Positions 59,991-64,000 of a stretch of 64,000 bases of DNA are shown here, one piece after another. How positions within the stretch are numbered: the stretch's first letter is position 1; every line of letters starts with the position of its first letter. Position numbers and translations under genes: made by a program. Below the pieces are notes generated by a model that searched no databases, was not told the origin of the DNA, and saw nothing but the letters and a program-made list of their open reading frames with translations. The DNA comes from Eutreptiella sp. 'Long Island Sound 2002' (lineage: Eukaryota; Protista; Euglenida): positions 7,998,001 through 8,062,000 of the forward strand of contig OZ038379.1 in assembly GCA_964036045.1 (NCBI GenBank), written 5' to 3'.

Positions 59991-60918
59991 TAGGTGCAGA
60001 GAGCCCCCATTGCCGCCTCCGAGTCCGGCACAAGCCAGTACACCCTGGACCGCGCCGCTAGCCCACGGGGGGGGGGGGGGGGGCGACTACAACCAAACCT
60101 GATGTGACACCCCCCAGCTATCTTTCAAAACTTTGGGAGGGGGGGGGGGGGGAGTTGGGAGGGGGTGGGCTAAGGGTCGGGGGGGGCGGGGGTCAGCTGG
60201 AGGGTCGGGGGGGGGGGGCTGGAGGATGGATGGATGGATGGAGAGGAAGCATTTCGGAGGCCGCATCCCGAGGACACAGGCCATGAAGCCCAAACGGAGG
60301 GCCCATGACTCTGATCGCTTCACCGTCCTAGGCCAAGCCACAACTGGCGTCTGATGGGCAGTGACAACACCGCAGGCCCCCTTGCGGTGCCCAGGAGGGC
60401 CGTGACAGAGCATAGGACCTCTCCTGACGGCGGGCAGTGATAATACACTGAGCCCCCCCGGTGCACCAATGTCGGCTGGCAGCGCCTGGCCCCTAGCACC
60501 CTGCACCCTAGCATAGAATAGCACAACATCGGCATGGTACGACGGGAGCTCACATTGCAGTCACCCGTTCATCGTCCACGTCCGACGAGGAGTCACACTC
60601 CACGGAGGAGACGTCGCCCTCCTCGCCTTCGTCAGCATCCCCCGGCTCCCCAGCCGCTGACACCAGCTCAGTTTCCCATTTGTCACGGGTCAGCGCATGC
60701 AGCGCGCGACCCAAGCCCTTAGTGTAGATCCCGACCCAGTACCTAACCCACAGCTGAGGCAACGACACAAACCGTGGTCCACTCATCACTCTAGTCGCCG
60801 GGCTCAGCAAGCGTACAGACCCAGATGCCCCCCCAGCCAGGGGGTCCACGAACCACACGGGCGTCGCGGAAAACCGGCTGAGCGTAGTGGGACGCAAGCG
60901 CTGCGGGGCAAGGGCAGA

Positions 60919-61937
60919 CTAGGGGCCTGCAAGCTCCGGAGCCGGGGGGCAGCCCACATGCGCCAGGGCGGATGCGATCACCAACGGGCCCCACACAACT
61001 TCCCAGGGCCACCGGTTCGGAGATCCAGTATCGATCAGGAACGCCAAACGTGCATCTGGAGGCAGCACGATCCATGCAGCAGCAGCATTCAGGAAAGCAC
61101 AGACAACAGCGTCGAGGACCGCCGCCGCTACCGGTGCCCCGTCGCGGACCACCACTGCCCCATGCCAGGACATGAGCACATCTACGTTGGGGTGAGCTCA
61201 TAGAGGGTCAGAAAGCAAGTCAGGATGCACGAGACGCCACACAACCCCGGTGGGCGCACCCTGCTGCTGCACAGTGTCGAGCGAGAGCCACTGTGCCTCC
61301 AAGAGGTCTGCTAGAGCCTGCCAGCCCGCCCATACCGCCAGAGCCACCGCCACACAGTCATGCCACATGTGAGTGCCCCAGCAGGGACACGATTCGTGGC
61401 ACACATAGCAGTGCAGATTAGAGATAGCGGAGCGATGTGTGTGTGGTCCCGCACGTAGCCAATAGGCGAACTTTAGCCCCGCGGGCTGCATCCCCCGCGA
61501 CTGCAGGCAACGTATCCAGCACGGGGAGTCAAAGGGCCCTGCCCGAGGGCCCCGGGAGGCACATTCTGACGCATATATATTGTCTAACGCACGCACAGCA
61601 TCGCAGACTAGAACACCGGACCGAAGGAGGAGCACAGTGTCCCCCAACAGGGCGGGCAGTGGCACAGATCCCGCGTGCGCCACACTTAGCCCGTCATGCG
61701 CAAGCCCGTCAGAGGCTTCCTGCCAACCGGCGACGAGGTCACAGTGAAGGGTGTTGTGTTGCGCCGGCACATAGTATTCCTGACCAGCTCCCACTTCCAG
61801 AAACGCTGCATACTCACGACGCACTGTGTCGACCCAGACGCAGCGGGAGGGCCCTCCCCCATCCGCACCCAAGGTAGCGCTCACATTGTCAGCCACAAAG
61901 CCCAACACTGCATCCGGGGGGCACGCCCAACTCACAT

Positions 61938-61950
<13 letters not shown>
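60919..61950 (-). pseudogene. Second non-LTR retrotransposon 3' relic
   Basis: About 250 open codons ending LKFAYWLRAG...CYVCHESCPCWGTHMWHDC (CxxC..H..C), followed after a stop by further coding-like text. No RT core present. Confidence 0.5.
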
Positions 61951-61972
<22 letters not shown>

Positions 61973-62068
61973 TCGGCTGGAGGGTCGGGGGGGGGGGGTG
62001 TCGGCTGGAGGGTCTGTGCAGGGGTATGCGCCCGCCAGCGCCAGACGATGGCTCCCCGCCAGACGACT

Positions 62069-63665
62069 GGAATTATGGGAATTATGGGGAATTATGGGGA
62101 ATTATGGGGAATTATGGGGAATTATGGGGAATTATGGTGGAATTTGGGTGGAATTATGGGGAATTATGGGGAATTATGGGGAATTATGGTGGAATGATGG
62201 GGAATTATGGGGAATTATGGGGAATTGTGGGGGAATTATGGGGAATTATGGGGAATTGTGGGTGAATTATGGGGAATTATGGGGAATTATGGGGAATTAT
62301 GGGAAATGATGGGTGAATTATGGGGAATTATGGGTAATTATGGGGAATCATGGGGAATTATGGGAAATTATGGGTGAATTATGGGGAATTATGGGGAATT
62401 ATGGGGAATTATGGGGAATTTCGGGGAATTGTGGGGGAATTGTGATATTCAATTTCTTCATTTGCTTTGCCAGCTGCCCCTGAGAAATGTATTCCCTGGG
62501 GGCCTTGTATAGGTAGGCGAGTCGCACATAAAGAACATTGTTGTGAGGATGAAAGTCTGACATGTCTGTGGAAGCAAGGGGCCATACGACGACAAAAAAC
62601 AACGATCAGCAACACAAGAAATGACATCCCATAATTCCCCATAATTCCCCATAATTCCACCATAACTCCCCATAATTCCCCATAATTCCCCCATAATTCC
62701 CCCATAATTCCCCACAATTCCCCATAATTCCCCACAATTCCCCACAATTCCCCATAATTCCCCATAATTCCACCACCATTCCCCATAATTCCACCATAAT
62801 TCCCCATAATTCCCCATAATTCCCCATAATTCCCCATAATTCCACCATAATTCCCCATAATTCCCCATAATTCCCCATAATTCGAAAGGGTTCACCCCTG
62901 GGGTGGTACCATAGCCCTGTGCACGAACTAGGTACAATTGTTGGTGTTGGTGTTGGTGTTGGTGTTGGTGTTGGTGTTGGTGTTGGTGTTGGTGTTGGTG
63001 TTGGTGTTGGTGTTGTTGTTGTTGTTGTTTTTGTTGTTGGTGGTGGTGTTCTTGTTCTTGTTCTTGTTGTTGTGCAATTTAAATTGCCGTCCCTCAAGCC
63101 CTCTGCGCAACCCCATAATTCCACCCAAATTCCCCCATAATTCCCCCATAATTCCCCACAATTCCCCATATTTCCCCACAATTCCCCATAATTCCCCATA
63201 ATTCCACCACCATTCCCCATAATTCCACCATAATTCCCCATAATTCCCCATAATTCCCCATAATTCCCCATAATTCCACCATAATTCCCCATAATTCCCC
63301 ATAATTCCCCATAATTCGAAAGGGTTCACCCCTGGGGTGGTACCATAGCCCTGTGCACGAACTAGGTACAATTGTTGGTGTTGGTGTTGGTGTTGGTGTT
63401 GGTGTTGGTGTTGGTGTTGGTGTTGGTGTTGGTGTTGGTGTTGTTGTTGTTGTTGTTTTTGTTGTTGGTGGTGGTGTTCTTGTTCTTGTTCTTGTTGTTG
63501 TGCAATTTAAATTGCCGTCCCTCAAGCCCTCTGCGCAACCCCATAATTCCACCCAAATTCCCCCATAATTCCCCCATAATTCCCCATAATTCCACCCAAA
63601 TTCCCCATAATTCCCCCATAACTCCCCATAATTCCCCATAATTCCCCACAATTCCACCAATCCCA
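62069..63665. repeat. Inverted (GGGGAATTAT)n decamer satellite arms with a spacer and a 434-bp tandem duplication
   Basis: G-arm at about 62069-62445, unique spacer about 62446-62626, C-arm (ATAATTCCCC)n from 62627. The block TTCGAAAGGGTTCACCCCTGGGGTGG...(GTTGGT)n... starts at 62881 and again at 63315. Confidence 0.93.
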
Positions 63666-64000
63666 ATCATCCCACCAGCAGCTGTTCGACAAGCCCACTA
63701 GAGCCTTTAGGAATTATGGGAAATTTCCCCGCCACCGCCAGACGAACTTTCCCCGCCAGCGCCGCCAGCGATTTGGCGGGCGCATACCCCTGTCTGTGGG
63801 GGGGGGGGGGCTGGAGGGTCTGTGGGGGGGGGGTTCGGCCGTGGGGGGGGGGGGGTTCCCAAGGTGGGGGGGCCTACGCGCGACCCACAACAACCACATG
63901 CATACCTCTAGGGGGGATGTGTCTCTGGGGCGGGTTTGGGGAAGCTGCTGGTGGCTGTTGTCAAGCACGGGCTACAGATTGGTAGGTGTGTCCACAGTGG

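Noticed and set aside
61998-63670. ORFs with GNYGELWGIM, (TP)n, (VL)n and (GV)n repeats
   Set aside because: They are translations of the decamer satellite and the (GTTGGT)n hexamer repeat.
1-64000. rRNA, tRNA, SL-RNA genes and TET/JBP cargo near the KDZ-like transposase
   Set aside because: No cloverleaf, rRNA or SL-like sequence was recognised by eye, and no HxD...H...R dioxygenase pattern was recognised in the transposon's second gene. A covariance-model or HMM scan would be needed to exclude them.

Overview
This is eukaryotic, repeat-rich DNA with abundant poly-G/poly-C tracts. It most likely comes from a photosynthetic euglenid (inference from a bipartite signal/transit/stop-transfer plastid presequence, a trans-splice-like acceptor just before an ATG, TTAGGG repeats and a VIPER/TATE-type retroelement). 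Two host genes lie on the minus strand with GT-AG introns, several of them multi-kb: a plastid-targeted protein with two GST-N/thioredoxin-like domains (38593-28684, 4 exons) and a 5'-incomplete SASA/sialate O-acetylesterase-family gene (57921-43223, at least 9 exons). The main discovery is a nested mobile-element complex at 10629-23296. It is a 12.7-kb DNA transposon with 24-bp imperfect TIRs and a 5-bp TSD (CATGT). It encodes a KDZ/RAG-Transib-class DDE transposase and a second 8-exon gene of about 800 aa with a possible ParB/Srx-like motif. It carries about 19 copies of a 14-24-bp palindrome (ATCGAAATTTCGAT), placed only in non-coding parts, including inside short introns. A 5.4-kb tyrosine-recombinase retrotransposon (gag-YR-RT/RNaseH order, split direct repeats, AGTT crossover core) is inserted into exon 1 of that second gene. 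The window also contains Ty3/gypsy chromovirus-like gag, PBS and integrase-chromodomain relics (1-3400), LINE relics, tandem 1.16-kb units bounded by interstitial telomeric hexamers, fold-back G-rich satellites and microsatellites. All calls were made by eye from sequence and motifs; no database searches were run.
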